Numbered from the stretch's first letter, positions 9,846-19,513 are shown. The stretch: DNA of 64,000 nt from Patescibacteria group bacterium (GCA_041661405.1 JBAZUL010000002.1:3715-67714); one strand, 5' to 3'. The notes: a model not told the origin generated them from the letters alone. Translations and numbers: made by a program.

Positions 9846-10382
9846 TTAAAAGCTTAGAGCCTTCTTGGTCGCCGCGGTTTGGCTTTTTTTAGTGTAAGCC
9901 AAAGCCAGCTCATAGCTTCCGGCTAATGTCGCTGTATAAAAGAGATCGCCCATGAGACTATTTTTGAAAAACGGGATGGCCAATATGTAGCATTGATAAA
10001 GTCCGCTAAGACTATGTTCATACCAGCTGCCAAACGCCCAGACCGAAAAGTTAGTAAGAAGGAAAAACAAGATACTTCCCAAAACCGTTCCTCCGAGGAT
10101 GGTAGCGGCGTTTTTTTTCGTTTTTACAGCCATGCCCATAAGGGTCATGATAATAAAACCTGAGTAAACCGAAAGCATGATTGGCCAAGCGTAAAAACCG
10201 ATAAAAATATCGCTTAAAAACATGGCCATGAGCGGCAAAATAAACGCCCAGCGCCGCGGCAGATAAATACCCGAAAAAATCGCTACCGCGCCCAAGGCGG
10301 TGAAGTTCGCCGGATGCGGCAGAAAGCGGGTGGAAACGCCGAGAAGAATTAAGATGATAGCGGGCAAATAATATTTTTTCAT
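9846..10382 (-). CDS. Small polytopic membrane protein, possibly an ECF-transporter S-component-like substrate capture protein
   Basis: 178 aa with 5-6 predicted TM helices and no soluble domain. Own extended -10 promoter (TGaTATAAT) at about 10418-10426 on the minus strand. Assignment is by architecture only. Confidence 0.3.
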   Translation of the reverse strand: MKKYYLPAIILILLGVSTRFLPHPANFTALGAVAIFSGIYLPRRWAFILPLMAMFLSDIFIGFYAWPIMLSVYSGFIIMTLMGMAVKTKKNAATILGGTVLGSILFFLLTNFSVWAFGSWYEHSLSGLYQCYILAIPFFKNSLMGDLFYTATLAGSYELALAYTKKSQTAATKKALSF

Positions 10383-10466
10383 ACGGTTTTAGCTAAGGCC
10401 GGAACTTAAGTTTGCCGGCGATTGATTATTTTTATTATATCAGGCTGTTTTTGTTTTGTCATTCAA

Positions 10467-12635
10467 TTAGCGTCTTTTCGCGCCGCTATAGGCTATGGCG
10501 CGGACTATGTTCCAGTCTTCCAAGTTTTCCGGCGTCCGGCCATAAACCGCGATAAAGCTTTTCAGGGCCGCTGATTCGTCTTTCAGTTTTCTCGCGGGCA
10601 GAAGCCCGTAAGCCGCGATCGTAATAAAAGCGTTTTCATGGGGATCGTCCATATCGGCTTCATGCCGGTAAATTTTTAGAAATTTTTTTTTCGCGGCGGC
10701 CTCCCGGTCTTCGTTTCTCCGACCCGGCCAGCGTCCGCTCGCGATTTTTATTACATCCTCCCAATCAGCCTCGCTCTCCGGCGCGCGGCCAAAAGCCAGA
10801 CTGTAGGCGGAAAGCCCCGGTCGCAAAGCCTGATCCCGGAATTTTTTATCCAAAGCCGTTTCATCCTCGCCGGGATTACTGATTTTTTCTCCTAAAATCA
10901 TTTTTTCCAAATCTTCATCAGCCTCTTCTACTTGCGGCTCTTCATCTTCATTGCCTTCTTTATCATCGTCTTTATCGCTCTGCTCGCTTTCAGCGTTGAT
11001 ATTTTCAGAGTTTGTCCCGCTGTTTTCGTTTTCAGGATTCATGCCCGCCGGCAATGGAAAATCCATTAAAATATCAGTCCAGCTTTTTTTCAGACCGGCC
11101 GGCAGGGCGTAAGCCGAGGCCCAGACCCGGGTATTTTTGTCCGTAGCCGGCGAATCAAGGCCGCCGTCCGAATCCTGCAGGCTAGTGAGAAATTCAAGCG
11201 GGGTTTTCCCGTTTTTTTTCCAATCGTTTTCGTTTTCTCCCAAAGCGTAAATCGCCTGGAGCGCCCAGCTCGTGGAAAAACTGTTGCCAAATCCGGCGTC
11301 TTGCCCCTGCTTTTCTTTGAGATAAAGTTTGGCTCGGGTTATGGCGTTCTCCGCGCCTTCTCTGGCTCTAACCGATAAAAGCGCCTCAATCGCGGCGGCG
11401 GTCAAATCAACGCTCCCCCAGCCGTTATCCTGCCTCTGAGCCGAGAGGAGCTGGCTCAGGGCGCCAGTAAATATTGCATCTTCCGCAGTGTAACCGGCTT
11501 TTCTTAAAATCAAAATCGCAAAGATATCATCATTAAAGTTTTCCGCGTCCCCGGATTGACCGTTGGCGTATTGCTCAGTGATTTTACTTATATAGTTGGT
11601 TTTGGTTCCGTTGTATGGGTTAACGCGCAGACTCATCAAAGCCATGGCTCGGCGTTCGTAATCAGTTAACAAGTTGCCCGGGTGAGGATCGGTAAGCAAA
11701 TATTTTTTTATTTTTTCCGCATTACCGCCCTCAGCCGCCAGAGCGATAGCTGTCCAGTCGGTAATCATTATGTTCGGCATGGAGCCGTTTTCTTTCTGGT
11801 TAGCCAATAAGAAATTTGCCAGTTTTATACTGTCAATATTGGAAGGAGCGGGCGGAATAACCGTTCCTCCGCCATAACTGCCGCCGCCTCCGGAAGATCC
11901 GTGGTTTTGTTCTTCCTCTTCTTCCTCCTGTTCCGGTTCTTCTTCAACAACCAAAGGCAGGGGAGTTATAGTCAGGCTCCGGCTGTTTATGCAGCCGGCC
12001 CTTTCACCGTAAATTATATAAGGAGACGAAGTGCTGATAAAAAGTTCATAATTGCCGGTTGGATTATTGTATGCCGCGCCGTTTATATTTAAAGCGCTTT
12101 CGGCGGCCGGATTCCAGACCGGCATCCAGTTTTCGTCCAGCCCAAATTCAAAGAGGCTGATGGTTGAAGTGGCATTGACTTTTGGGGCGCTTTCCGATAT
12201 TTCCAGTTTTAAAGGGTTTACGCCGTAAGACAAAAGCAAGTCTTCTTCTTCGGTTAAAATATGGCTGTTTAAGGCAGTTTGTCCGTATTCCAGGTCAGAA
12301 AACCACTGCCAATAGATTCCGTTGCCGCCGCTATTATTCGCGTAGCCGCTGAGAGAGTCAAGAAAAGCCGATTCACCCCAATAACTCCAGTCGCTTTCCA
12401 GCCCTGACTGCATAATCGCGCACATGGCGTTTAAGGTGCTGGTCGCGCTATCGGCGGTCTCAGGGCAGGCCAAGACTTCAAGCGTATTATCGTAAACAAT
12501 TTCTTCTCCGGCCGCTACTTTGAGATGAATGCTGATTTTCTCTTCTTCCGCTTTTCCGGGGAGCGGGAAAAAAATCGCCAGAACGGCCAAAATCATCAAT
12601 CCTTTAAAAATTTGATTCTTCATATTTCCAGGCAA
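10467..12635 (-). CDS. Secreted protein with prenyltransferase/terpenoid-cyclase-like alpha/alpha-toroid repeats and an acidic Glu/Gly-rich linker
   Basis: Signal peptide. Repeated about 50-aa units with conserved aromatic residues (IMITDWTAIALAAEG, DDIFAILILRKAGY, SFSTSWALQAIYALG, TRVWASAYALPA). Two C-terminal about 30-aa repeats (..FGRAPESEADWEDVIKIASG / ..YGRTPENLEDWNIVRAIAYSGA). Confidence 0.55.
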   Translation of the reverse strand: MPGNMKNQIFKGLMILAVLAIFFPLPGKAEEEKISIHLKVAAGEEIVYDNTLEVLACPETADSATSTLNAMCAIMQSGLESDWSYWGESAFLDSLSGYANNSGGNGIYWQWFSDLEYGQTALNSHILTEEEDLLLSYGVNPLKLEISESAPKVNATSTISLFEFGLDENWMPVWNPAAESALNINGAAYNNPTGNYELFISTSSPYIIYGERAGCINSRSLTITPLPLVVEEEPEQEEEEEEQNHGSSGGGGSYGGGTVIPPAPSNIDSIKLANFLLANQKENGSMPNIMITDWTAIALAAEGGNAEKIKKYLLTDPHPGNLLTDYERRAMALMSLRVNPYNGTKTNYISKITEQYANGQSGDAENFNDDIFAILILRKAGYTAEDAIFTGALSQLLSAQRQDNGWGSVDLTAAAIEALLSVRAREGAENAITRAKLYLKEKQGQDAGFGNSFSTSWALQAIYALGENENDWKKNGKTPLEFLTSLQDSDGGLDSPATDKNTRVWASAYALPAGLKKSWTDILMDFPLPAGMNPENENSGTNSENINAESEQSDKDDDKEGNEDEEPQVEEADEDLEKMILGEKISNPGEDETALDKKFRDQALRPGLSAYSLAFGRAPESEADWEDVIKIASGRWPGRRNEDREAAAKKKFLKIYRHEADMDDPHENAFITIAAYGLLPARKLKDESAALKSFIAVYGRTPENLEDWNIVRAIAYSGAKRR

Positions 12636-13302
12636 TGACGTCGCCGGCTTTAGGGAAGTAGTTTGAGATTCCCGCTTTAGCCGGAGCGTTATTAATATAG
12701 TAAATCCAAAACATGCCTTTTAGCGGGCTGTTTTTCAGCCCGTTTATTTCTTCAATAAAATAGCCCATGCCGCTATATTCTTTGGCCTTAAAATTTAAGG
12801 CGTTTTGAGTCCTTAGTTTGTCCATTAAAGCATAAACATTATTTCCTTCCGCTAACTCTGCTTCGTATTTTTTATCTTCAACATAAATATTAATACTGAT
12901 ATTTTTTTCTTCCGAAATTTTTTGCTCATCAGCGTCCGGCGCTTCGTCTGTTTTTTTAATTATTCCCTCAACAACATCACCCATAACCTGTCCAGCTTTT
13001 GTCCCGGTTTTGTCCGGAGTTTTAATTAGAACATCCTTGTCTGGCTGGCTGTTAGCGGCAAAATCAGGTTGCAAGGCGCTGGCCAGCGGATCGCTGTCTT
13101 TTATATCCAATGAATCAGCTTCTTTACTTTCTTCTATTGACGGCGCGTTTTTTGATATTTCGGCTGTTTCCTTATTCGGGCTATTAAGTTGATGATCACT
13201 TTGGAGCGGATTTTTTTCTATGGATTTAAAGAAAAAAAACAGGGATATAAAAAATACCGCGATAAAAAGTGTTTTCAGGCCGTTTTTAAAAGTTGGTTTC
13301 AT
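12604..13302 (-). CDS. DUF4430 domain-containing secreted or membrane-anchored protein
   Basis: N-terminal TM/signal segment and low-complexity linker. The C-terminal about 90 aa (INIYVEDKKYEAELAEGNNVYALMDK...GMFWIYYINNAPAKAGISNYFPKAGDVIAWKY) match the DUF4430 fold family. Overlaps the downstream gene by 32 bp, indicating an operon. Confidence 0.5.
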   Translation of the reverse strand: MKPTFKNGLKTLFIAVFFISLFFFFKSIEKNPLQSDHQLNSPNKETAEISKNAPSIEESKEADSLDIKDSDPLASALQPDFAANSQPDKDVLIKTPDKTGTKAGQVMGDVVEGIIKKTDEAPDADEQKISEEKNISINIYVEDKKYEAELAEGNNVYALMDKLRTQNALNFKAKEYSGMGYFIEEINGLKNSPLKGMFWIYYINNAPAKAGISNYFPKAGDVIAWKYEESNF

Positions 13303-13495
13303 AAAAAAACCCGCTTACGAGCGGGATAAAAAATCCTTAAAAAGGATTCCTGGCCTTTTAAAAAAGGCTGTCCCTGCTCGGGGAAAATAAATTATAATTA
13401 AATTCAGCATTCTGGCTTTTCCCGCCCCTACGGTGCGGGATTTACAGTTGCGGCACAGCGCCTGATTTTCACAGGACTTTCCTGAATTTAATCTA
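13303..13495 (-). promoter_or_regulatory. Candidate cobalamin (B12) riboswitch leader ending in an intrinsic terminator immediately upstream of the DUF4430 gene
   Basis: Read on the minus strand: GGAAAGUCCUGUGAAAAUCAGGCGCUGUGCCGCAACUGUAAAUCCCGCACCGUAGGGGCGGGAAAAGCCAGAAUGCUG. This resembles the cobalamin riboswitch core and B12-box. It is followed by CCCGCUCGUAAGCGGG plus U7, directly abutting the ATG. Confidence 0.5.
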
Positions 13496-13501
13496 TTGTT
13501 A

Positions 13502-13530
13502 ATAGTAGCGGGTATAAATTTTACTGTCAA
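13502..13530 (-). promoter_or_regulatory. Sigma-70-like promoter driving the riboswitch leader
   Basis: On the minus strand: -35 TTGACA (13530-13525), 17-nt spacer, -10 TACTAT (13507-13502). Confidence 0.5.
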
Positions 13531-13571
13531 CGGGTTGAAAATTGCGATTCTAAATGCTAGACTAAAGTCAC

Positions 13572-14591
13572 ATGAAAGACGAGCTGGAACAAAGCGGCTG
13601 GCCGCTCATCGGCAATGAACGGGCCGGGGAATATCTCTTAAAAAGCGCGAGAAAGGGCGATGTTTCTGGCGCTTATATTTTTTGCGGGCCGGCCGACCTC
13701 GGAAAAGGAACGGCCGCCAGGTTTTTCGCCAGAGCCCTGCTTTGCGACAACCTGGGAAAAACTTCAGTTAAACTGCCTTGCGGCAAATGCCCATCGTGCG
13801 GAACCGGACTGGCGCACAGCGATTTGCTTGAAGTCCAAAAAGAAGAGGAAAAGAAAAATATTTCTATAGAGCAGATCCGGGAGTTCATCAGAAGGATGAG
13901 CATGGGATCGTTTTTAGGGGATTACAAGGTCGGGATAATTAAAGACGCGGACAGCCTGAGCATTGAGGCCGCGAACGCCCTTTTAAAAACTCTGGAAGAG
14001 CCGAAGAAGAAAACCGTGATAATCATGACCGTAACCGATTTGGACAAGATTCTTCCGACCATAATATCAAGAAGCCAGACGCTCCATTTTTTCCCGGTCA
14101 AGGCCGGAGTGATTCAGGATTTTCTTATCAGCCGCCATAAAGCCGGACGGAGCGACGCGAAAAATTTTTCCCGCCTCGCGCTCGGCCGGCCGGCTTTAGC
14201 CGTTAAAATGCTCATGGAAAAAGATTATTACGAGGATTACTTTGCCGTGGCCAACGCTTTTTTTAGAATGATACCGGCGGATATAAACGAGCGGCTGGAT
14301 ATTACGGAAAAACTGATCGGAAAAAAGGAAAGCGCCCAGGCGGCGGTACGTTCGGTCGGCCGAATCCTTGATATCTGGGAAGGGGCGGCTCGGGATCTTA
14401 TTCTTGAAGCCACCGGCCAGGCGGATTTAATCCGTCACGAAGTTGAAGAAAAAGCCATAAAATCAGCCGGAAGAGTTTACAGCCTGGAAAAGATTATGAA
14501 TTTTTTTGAACAAGTCGGCAAGGCTCGCGATTATTTAAGAGCCAACGTCAATCCGAAGATTGTTTTGGAGGAGATTGTTATAAACATATAA
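13572..14591 (+). CDS. holB: DNA polymerase III delta-prime subunit
   Basis: AAA+ clamp-loader motifs: GAYIFCGPADLGKGTAARFFARALLCDN, zinc module CGKCPSCG, SRC-like motif. 339 aa. Confidence 0.8.
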   Translation: MKDELEQSGWPLIGNERAGEYLLKSARKGDVSGAYIFCGPADLGKGTAARFFARALLCDNLGKTSVKLPCGKCPSCGTGLAHSDLLEVQKEEEKKNISIEQIREFIRRMSMGSFLGDYKVGIIKDADSLSIEAANALLKTLEEPKKKTVIIMTVTDLDKILPTIISRSQTLHFFPVKAGVIQDFLISRHKAGRSDAKNFSRLALGRPALAVKMLMEKDYYEDYFAVANAFFRMIPADINERLDITEKLIGKKESAQAAVRSVGRILDIWEGAARDLILEATGQADLIRHEVEEKAIKSAGRVYSLEKIMNFFEQVGKARDYLRANVNPKIVLEEIVINI

Positions 14592-14660
14592 TTCAGGTTT
14601 TGTGAAATGTGTTTTAGAATTTTTAATTTTTAAAATTTAGACATTAAAAATTTATTTTTT

Positions 14661-15731
14661 ATGTTTTTGACAAAAAAGAAAATACTTCAGTTCCTGGCGT
14701 TTACGGGCGGTTTGTTCATCTTAACCGGCTGTAGCGTAAGCTTTAATACCGGCGCGGGCGGAGGGGCGATTGACGGCGGGATTTTCCGCTCGGAGAATAA
14801 GGGAGCGATCTGGGCTCAGAAGACTCTGGCCTTAAGCGCCGGAGGCAGATCGCTTGATATCCGGGCGCTAGATATTGGAGTTTTGGAAATGGATCCTTCT
14901 GACCCGGCGGCGCTTTATCTTGGGAGCCTGGAAAACGGCGTTTATTACAGTTATGACCGGGGTGAAAGCTGGCAGGTTATCAGCCGTCTTGGAAAAACGG
15001 CTATTAATTCGCTCGCCGTTGACCCGGGCGACAAATGCATCATCTATGTTTCCTCAGCTAACCGGGTAATGAAATCGGTTGACTGCGGGCGTTTTTGGGA
15101 TCAGGCATATTTTGACAATGATCCGGCAATAATAATCAGATCTATTGCCGTTGATCCGGTTGAAAGCGCCTGGATTTTTATTACTACCAGCCGGGGAGAA
15201 GTGATAAAAAGCGTTGACGCGGGAAAAACCTGGCGAACCGTAGGACGGCTGGAAAGCGACGTGGTAAAAATAAAAATCAACCCCCATAATCCCGATATTA
15301 TTTTTGCCGGAACAAGGGACGCGGGAATTTTCCGTTCGTTTGATTCCGGAGAATCATGGCAGAGCCTTGAAGCGGAGCTTAAAGATTTTAAGGATAACAA
15401 GCGTTTCCGGGACTTAATCTGGAGCCAATCGGACGCGGGAACAGTTTTTCTCGCTAATGGTTACGGATTCCTAAAATCAACCGACAACGGCGATTCCTGG
15501 GTCAATATTGAACTGATTCCGCCGCAGGAAGAGACTGTGATTAATTCCATTGCCGTAAACCCCAAGAATGCCGAAGAATTGTATTATGTCACTAATACTA
15601 CTTTTTACCATTCAATTGACGGCGGAAAAAACTGGTCCTCAAAAAAATTGCCGACTACGCGGCTGGGCTGGCGGCTCGCGGTTGATCCAGAAAGACCGGA
15701 TATTGTTTATTTGGGGGTTAGAAAACGGTAA
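14661..15731 (+). CDS. BNR/Asp-box repeat lipoprotein (Ycf48/sialidase-like beta-propeller)
   Basis: Lipobox LTGCS. Six SxDxGxTW-type Asp-box repeats (YDRGESWQ, SVDCGRFWD, SVDAGKTWR, SFDSGESWQ, STDNGDSWV, SIDGGKNWS). Confidence 0.6.
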   Translation: MFLTKKKILQFLAFTGGLFILTGCSVSFNTGAGGGAIDGGIFRSENKGAIWAQKTLALSAGGRSLDIRALDIGVLEMDPSDPAALYLGSLENGVYYSYDRGESWQVISRLGKTAINSLAVDPGDKCIIYVSSANRVMKSVDCGRFWDQAYFDNDPAIIIRSIAVDPVESAWIFITTSRGEVIKSVDAGKTWRTVGRLESDVVKIKINPHNPDIIFAGTRDAGIFRSFDSGESWQSLEAELKDFKDNKRFRDLIWSQSDAGTVFLANGYGFLKSTDNGDSWVNIELIPPQEETVINSIAVNPKNAEELYYVTNTTFYHSIDGGKNWSSKKLPTTRLGWRLAVDPERPDIVYLGVRKR

Positions 15732-15913
15732 CACGGCGGTAAAACATTGACAATTTCTACTGCGGAAATGCACGCGTATTTGCTGAAAATTTGTTTAAGT
15801 GTTAATTTGGGCTATCATGAAAGGACTAATTGTTTCCGGCATACATGTCCTCGCACGAAATTGCCAATATTTTACCGCCATAACGTCATTATTAATTAAA
15901 ATAAACGAATAAT

Positions 15914-16468
15914 ATGAACAAGTATATCCAGGCTAAAAACAATGACTTAAAAGACGCGATTGAATTTTTTAAAAAAGACATATCAAGCCTCCGGACTGGC
16001 CGGGCTAACCCGTCGCTTTTGGACGGCGTGATGATTGATTCTTACGGGGTAAAAACTCCGATCCAGAACGTCGCGAGCATAACCGTTGCCGACGGCCGGA
16101 GCATGACCATCACTCCCTGGGACAAAAGCGTTCTAAAGGAAGCGGAAAAGGGAATCGTTGACGCGAATTTAGGAGTCGGCGTGGTTAACGAAGGCGACAA
16201 GCTCCGGATATCCATCCCGATGATGACCGAAGAGAACCGCCGGGAGCTCGTAAAAAAATTGAATGAAAAAATGGAAAAGGGTCGGGTTTCGCTCCGCCAG
16301 GCAAGGGATGATATAAAGAATTCCATTGAAGAGGCTTTTAAAAAAAAGGAAGTTTCCGAAGATGATAAATTTAAGTTCATTACCGAGCTGGACGAAGCGA
16401 TCAGGGATTATAATGAACAGCTGAAGGCTTTGAGGGATGGCAAGGAAAAAGATATAATGACAATATAA
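15914..16468 (+). CDS. frr: Ribosome recycling factor
   Basis: 184 aa. Motifs SSLRTGRANPSLLDGVMIDSYG and TITPWDKS typical of RRF. Confidence 0.9.
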   Translation: MNKYIQAKNNDLKDAIEFFKKDISSLRTGRANPSLLDGVMIDSYGVKTPIQNVASITVADGRSMTITPWDKSVLKEAEKGIVDANLGVGVVNEGDKLRISIPMMTEENRRELVKKLNEKMEKGRVSLRQARDDIKNSIEEAFKKKEVSEDDKFKFITELDEAIRDYNEQLKALRDGKEKDIMTI

Positions 16469-16476
16469 TTATATTT

Positions 16477-17676
16477 ATGCTATTTACTATATTGATTTTT
16501 ATCGCGGTTTTAAGCGTTCTCGTGTTCGTTCATGAATTCGGGCATTTTTTCGTAGCGAGAAAATTCGGCGTAAAGGCTGAGGAGTTTGGATTCGGTTTTC
16601 CGCCGCGGGCGTTTGGTTTTTATAAATCAATTTCCGGGCGCTGGAAGCGGGTGATCGGCAATAAGGAGGTGACGGACGCGGCTGATACGATTTATTCGGT
16701 AAACTATATTCCCATGGGCGGTTTTGTCCGGATTAAAGGCGAGCTCGGGCCGTCAGACGGCTCCATCCTCGGGGAATCTAAAGCGCTTACCGAAGACGAG
16801 GACAGTTTTTTCATGAAAAAAATCTGGCAGAGGGTGCTGATCATTTCCGCCGGAGTAGTTATGAACGTAGTTTTAGCGGCGGCTCTGCTTTCAATCGGTT
16901 TTATGGTCGGACTGCCCGGGGTGATTGACGAGAGCCTTGGAAAATCCGCCCGGGTAAGCGAGGAGAAAATCCAGGTAGTGGACGTTATTTCTGGTTCGCC
17001 GGCGGCCGAGGCCGGACTTCAAACCGGCGATATAATTGAAAGCGTTGACGGCAACGCGTTTTTAAAAATTGAGGATTTACAGGATTATGTCGGCGCCCGG
17101 GCGGGAAAAGAGCTTAGCTATAAAATTCAACGCTCCGGCGAGACTTTGGAAAAAGTTTTGATTCCCGAGACGATAAAAGAAACCGGCAAAGCCGGCATCG
17201 GCATCGGCATCGCTGAAACCGGACTGGTAAAATATCCTTGGTACATCGCGATCTGGAAAGGGATAGCGAGCGCCTTAACTCTTATCTGGGTCATAATCGC
17301 GGCCTTTTACGGCCTCATTAAATCCCTTATCATGGGCCAGGGCGTGTCCGGCGACTTAGCCGGCCCGGTCGGCATAGCGGTTTTAACCGGACAGGTGGCG
17401 CGGATGGGATTTATTTATCTTTTGCAGTTTACGGCTCTTCTTTCGGTCAATCTGGCGGTTGTTAATTTTCTTCCAATTCCGGCTTTAGACGGCGGCCGGG
17501 TGCTTTTCCTTATTATTGAGCGGATTAAAGGCAGTCCGGTAAGGCGCGAGGTAGAAGCCGTAATCCATAATATCGGCTTTATTCTTCTCATGATTTTAGT
17601 GGTTTTGGTAACTTTCAGGGATGTTCTTAATTTCAGGGAAGCTTTTATTAATCTTTGGCAGAGGATTGTCGGGTAA
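16477..17676 (+). CDS. rseP: RIP metalloprotease RseP (site-2 protease, M50 family, with PDZ domain)
   Basis: HEFGHFFVARK HExxH in the first TM region. PDZ-like segment VISGSPAAEAGLQTGDIIESVDG. C-terminal LDGGR motif. Confidence 0.8.
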   Translation: MLFTILIFIAVLSVLVFVHEFGHFFVARKFGVKAEEFGFGFPPRAFGFYKSISGRWKRVIGNKEVTDAADTIYSVNYIPMGGFVRIKGELGPSDGSILGESKALTEDEDSFFMKKIWQRVLIISAGVVMNVVLAAALLSIGFMVGLPGVIDESLGKSARVSEEKIQVVDVISGSPAAEAGLQTGDIIESVDGNAFLKIEDLQDYVGARAGKELSYKIQRSGETLEKVLIPETIKETGKAGIGIGIAETGLVKYPWYIAIWKGIASALTLIWVIIAAFYGLIKSLIMGQGVSGDLAGPVGIAVLTGQVARMGFIYLLQFTALLSVNLAVVNFLPIPALDGGRVLFLIIERIKGSPVRREVEAVIHNIGFILLMILVVLVTFRDVLNFREAFINLWQRIVG

Positions 17677-17754
17677 GGAAGGTATGGAATATTTTATGCT
17701 TGTTTTTGGTAAGATTAGTTGATTTCTAGCCGGGTTTGTTGTAAGATTACGGAT

Positions 17755-19449
17755 ATGCGGACTATTTACCTGCAATTCAGGGAAGCGGCCGAAAAATATA
17801 AAAGGCGGCCGATTGTGTTTTGGAAGCGGAATAATCGCTGGCATTCTTTAAGCTACGGTAAATTTCTTCGCAAAGTTGACTTGCTGGCCGGAGGTTTTAA
17901 GAAAGAGGGAATTAAAAAAGGGGATCGGGCGGCAATCATGAGCGAAAATTGCCCGGAGTGGCTCATGATTGACCTCGCGTTAAATAAAATCGGCGCCATA
18001 AGCGTCCCGATTCACATAACCGCCAACAAACCGTTCATAGAATATATCGTAAAAGATTCCATGAGCGGTTTTTTTATTGTTTCGGAAAAAGTTTTAAAAA
18101 ATAACACGGAAACCATAAGTGAAATCGCCCGGGGTTCTAAGGTGGCGGTGATAAGGCGGGGCGCAGACGGCAATGGCGCGGAAGCCGTTGGATTAAGGGA
18201 AGAGATCGGGAAAGAGTATCTGGATTTTGACAATTTGTTTCTAGAAGAAAACCCGGACGAACCGGCTGTTGCCGGAGAAATCTCCAGCCTCATATATACA
18301 TCCGGAACGACTGGCGACCCCAAAGGCGTCATGCTTACCAATGAAAACTTTTTATCCAACGCTCTCGGAGCCATGGAAAAAATAAAAATTTTTCCGCGGG
18401 ACGTATTTTTGTCTTTCCTGCCTTTATCTCACGTTCTTGAACGGCTGGCCGGAAATTATGTCCCGATTTTTTCCGGCGCGGGAATCGCTTACGCGCCGAG
18501 CATTAAGGAACTCGCCCGCAGTTTTTCGGAAGTCAGGCCGACTATTTTTACCGGCGTGCCGAAAATATTTGAGAACAGCTACGAGAAGATACGCGCCAAG
18601 CTGGAAAAGAGCAATCCTTTGGTTAAAAAGTTTTTTTATTATTCGCTTAATAAAAAAAGTCCGGCTTTTGTTAAGGCGCTCGCCGATAAATTCCTTTACG
18701 CGAAGATAAGAAAAAGCTTTGGCGGACGCTTGAGGTTTGCCATTTCCGGAGGGGCTGCCATTAACGAACGGATAATAAAATTTTTCCGGAAAATCGGCGT
18801 TAATATCGTTGAAGGCTACGGTTTAACCGAAACCTCGCCAATCGTGGCCATGAATACGCTGGAAGAGCCGATGACCGGATCGGTCGGTCGGCCGCTTCCG
18901 GGAGTGGAAGTAAAAATCGCTTTGGATAAGGAAATTTTCGTTCGGGGGAAGAATGTCATGGCCGGCTACTGGAATAAGGAGGAGATGACCCGCGTCCATA
19001 TTATTGAAGATGGCTGGTTTAAGACCGGCGACTTAGGCTTCCTGGATAGGGAAAATTTTTTAACCGTAATCGGGCGAAAAAAGGAAATGATAGTTACGAC
19101 TAACGGCAAGAATATCAGTCCGGAAAAGGTGGAGGCCATAATAAACTTAAATCCCCTGGTCGCCCAATGCCTCGTAGTTGGCCATAAAAAACCTTATTTA
19201 GCCTGCCTTATTGTCCCTGAACTTGATCGGATCAAAGAAAAGTTCGGAGCGGACTGCGACCTGAAAAAATGCCTGGCGGACGAGATGGAAGAAATAAATA
19301 ATCTTCTCATGTCCCATGAGCGGATAAAAAAATTCGCCATAATCGGAAATTCCTTTACAGTTGAAGCCGGAGAATTGACGCCGACCCTGAAAGTCCGGAG
19401 AAGCGTGATTGAGAATAAATACCAGCGGGAGGTTGAGCGGTTGTATTAA
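17755..19449 (+). CDS. AMP-dependent synthetase/ligase (long-chain fatty-acid-CoA ligase-like)
   Basis: AMP-binding motif YTSGTTGDPKGVMLTNENF. GYGLTET and C-terminal lysine region. The start is placed at internal ATG 17755 (MRTIYLQF); the ORF extends to 17719. Confidence 0.75.
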   Translation: MRTIYLQFREAAEKYKRRPIVFWKRNNRWHSLSYGKFLRKVDLLAGGFKKEGIKKGDRAAIMSENCPEWLMIDLALNKIGAISVPIHITANKPFIEYIVKDSMSGFFIVSEKVLKNNTETISEIARGSKVAVIRRGADGNGAEAVGLREEIGKEYLDFDNLFLEENPDEPAVAGEISSLIYTSGTTGDPKGVMLTNENFLSNALGAMEKIKIFPRDVFLSFLPLSHVLERLAGNYVPIFSGAGIAYAPSIKELARSFSEVRPTIFTGVPKIFENSYEKIRAKLEKSNPLVKKFFYYSLNKKSPAFVKALADKFLYAKIRKSFGGRLRFAISGGAAINERIIKFFRKIGVNIVEGYGLTETSPIVAMNTLEEPMTGSVGRPLPGVEVKIALDKEIFVRGKNVMAGYWNKEEMTRVHIIEDGWFKTGDLGFLDRENFLTVIGRKKEMIVTTNGKNISPEKVEAIINLNPLVAQCLVVGHKKPYLACLIVPELDRIKEKFGADCDLKKCLADEMEEINNLLMSHERIKKFAIIGNSFTVEAGELTPTLKVRRSVIENKYQREVERLY

Positions 19450-19485
19450 GAACATGTCCTGATGCCAAAAAAATGCCGCATTAAA

Positions 19486-19513
19486 AAACTTTCCCGTTTG
19501 GAAAGGTTTTTTG
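19486..19513. terminator. Bidirectional intrinsic terminator between the convergent ligase and ZIP genes
   Basis: AAAAACTTTCCCGTTTGGAAAGGTTTTTT: a 6-bp stem flanked by an A-run and a T-run. Confidence 0.6.
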
